From positions 53,625 through 117,624 of the IMG/VR virus record IMGVR_UViG_3300036884_000495: a stretch of DNA of 64,000 nt; one strand, written 5' to 3'. The stretch's first letter is position 1; each line of letters begins with the position of its first letter. Positions 63,457-64,000 of the stretch are shown one piece after another. Below the pieces are notes generated by a model. The model saw only the letters and a program-made list of their open reading frames with translations. It searched no databases and was not told where the DNA came from. Both the position numbers and the translations under genes were made by a program. The stretch is from a virus.

Positions 63457-63645
63457 GTGGTAACCCTTCGCGCGATCAACGAGCTTGGCAACATCGACGT
63501 GACCGAGGAGTTGAACAGAGCGCGCGAAGCCATCGGCAACGTGCTGAGTTCCATCAACAGCGCCACGAAGGCCCTCGAGAAGACCACAGCAGACTCGATG
63601 GCACATGTCTCGCCGAACGGCGTGAACATGATGCCACTCTGTTAG
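63457..63645 (+). CDS. Helical ORF, probably the -1 frame continuation of the H1-like gene
   Basis: No RBS at GTG 63457; frame is open upstream past 63340. Confidence 0.45.
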   Translation: MVTLRAINELGNIDVTEELNRAREAIGNVLSSINSATKALEKTTADSMAHVSPNGVNMMPLC

Positions 63646-64000
63646 CTACTGCCCCTGCTTCTCGTCGGAACCCAGAGAAGACCGAGGTAGTCACTATCAG
63701 TCTTCTCTGTGGGGTCCCCTAAGATGTCTACGTTGCCGTGGCCCTCGATGGGGATGTGCCACGACTGCGTACCGTGTGGGGACTCAAAGATAACGACGAC
63801 AGATGCCTCGCGCTGCTCCACAACGAGCATGGCGTAGGCGTCCGCAGCCCGCAGAAGCCTCTGAAGCTCTGCGGGCCTTTTCTTTTTATCTACAGGAAGG
63901 TCGAACGGCACCATCCCCGCCGTCTTGTGCCCGTGATAGTCGATGGCCTTCTCAGGCCACACCAGTACGAAGGGATCGATCTTCGACTGAGAAGCCCACG
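63642..64000 (-). CDS. Hypothetical protein, 5' end outside the window
   Basis: Frame open from the window edge (...QSKIDPFVLVWPEKAID...) to the stop at 63642. Confidence 0.6.
   Translation of the reverse strand, partial: WASQSKIDPFVLVWPEKAIDYHGHKTAGMVPFDLPVDKKKRPAELQRLLRAADAYAMLVVEQREASVVVIFESPHGTQSWHIPIEGHGNVDILGDPTEKTDSDYLGLLWVPTRSRGSS

Noticed and set aside
1-64000. Stop-codon reassignment, tRNA genes or a host assignment
   Set aside because: Genes are intact under the standard code using all three stops, no cloverleaf was recognised, and GC content alone cannot identify the host

Overview
The window is part of a large, GC-rich tailed phage with a contractile (myovirus-type) tail; no cellular housekeeping genes, tRNAs or CRISPR arrays were seen. 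The + strand carries the morphogenesis cluster: portal with three inteins, SNF2-type helicase, a single-chain beta-beta' RNA polymerase with two inteins, spike protein, large terminase, prohead protease with one intein, scaffold-like proteins, major capsid, neck, sheath and tube. Short leftward blocks encode a family-4 uracil-DNA glycosylase, an XPB/UvsW-like helicase, a MoxR ATPase/VWA pair and an HTH protein. The strongest unexplained signal is a K-x-A motif (KTA/KQA/KEA/KIA/KLA/KVA, often followed by S/A/G). It is dense in about ten head-region proteins, absent from the terminase, and separates glycine-zipper and ferritin-like modules inside long polyprotein-like ORFs. A related AFxDELxKI[A/S] leader is attached to unrelated proteins, including the SNF2 helicase. 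Together these suggest a protease-processing and capsid-cargo-loading system. Other highlights are a GADFDGD polymerase active site, a roughly 370-nt nested inverted repeat, a candidate -1 frameshift in a histone-H1-like gene and a candidate phage promoter. All calls come from reading motifs by eye; no database searches were run.
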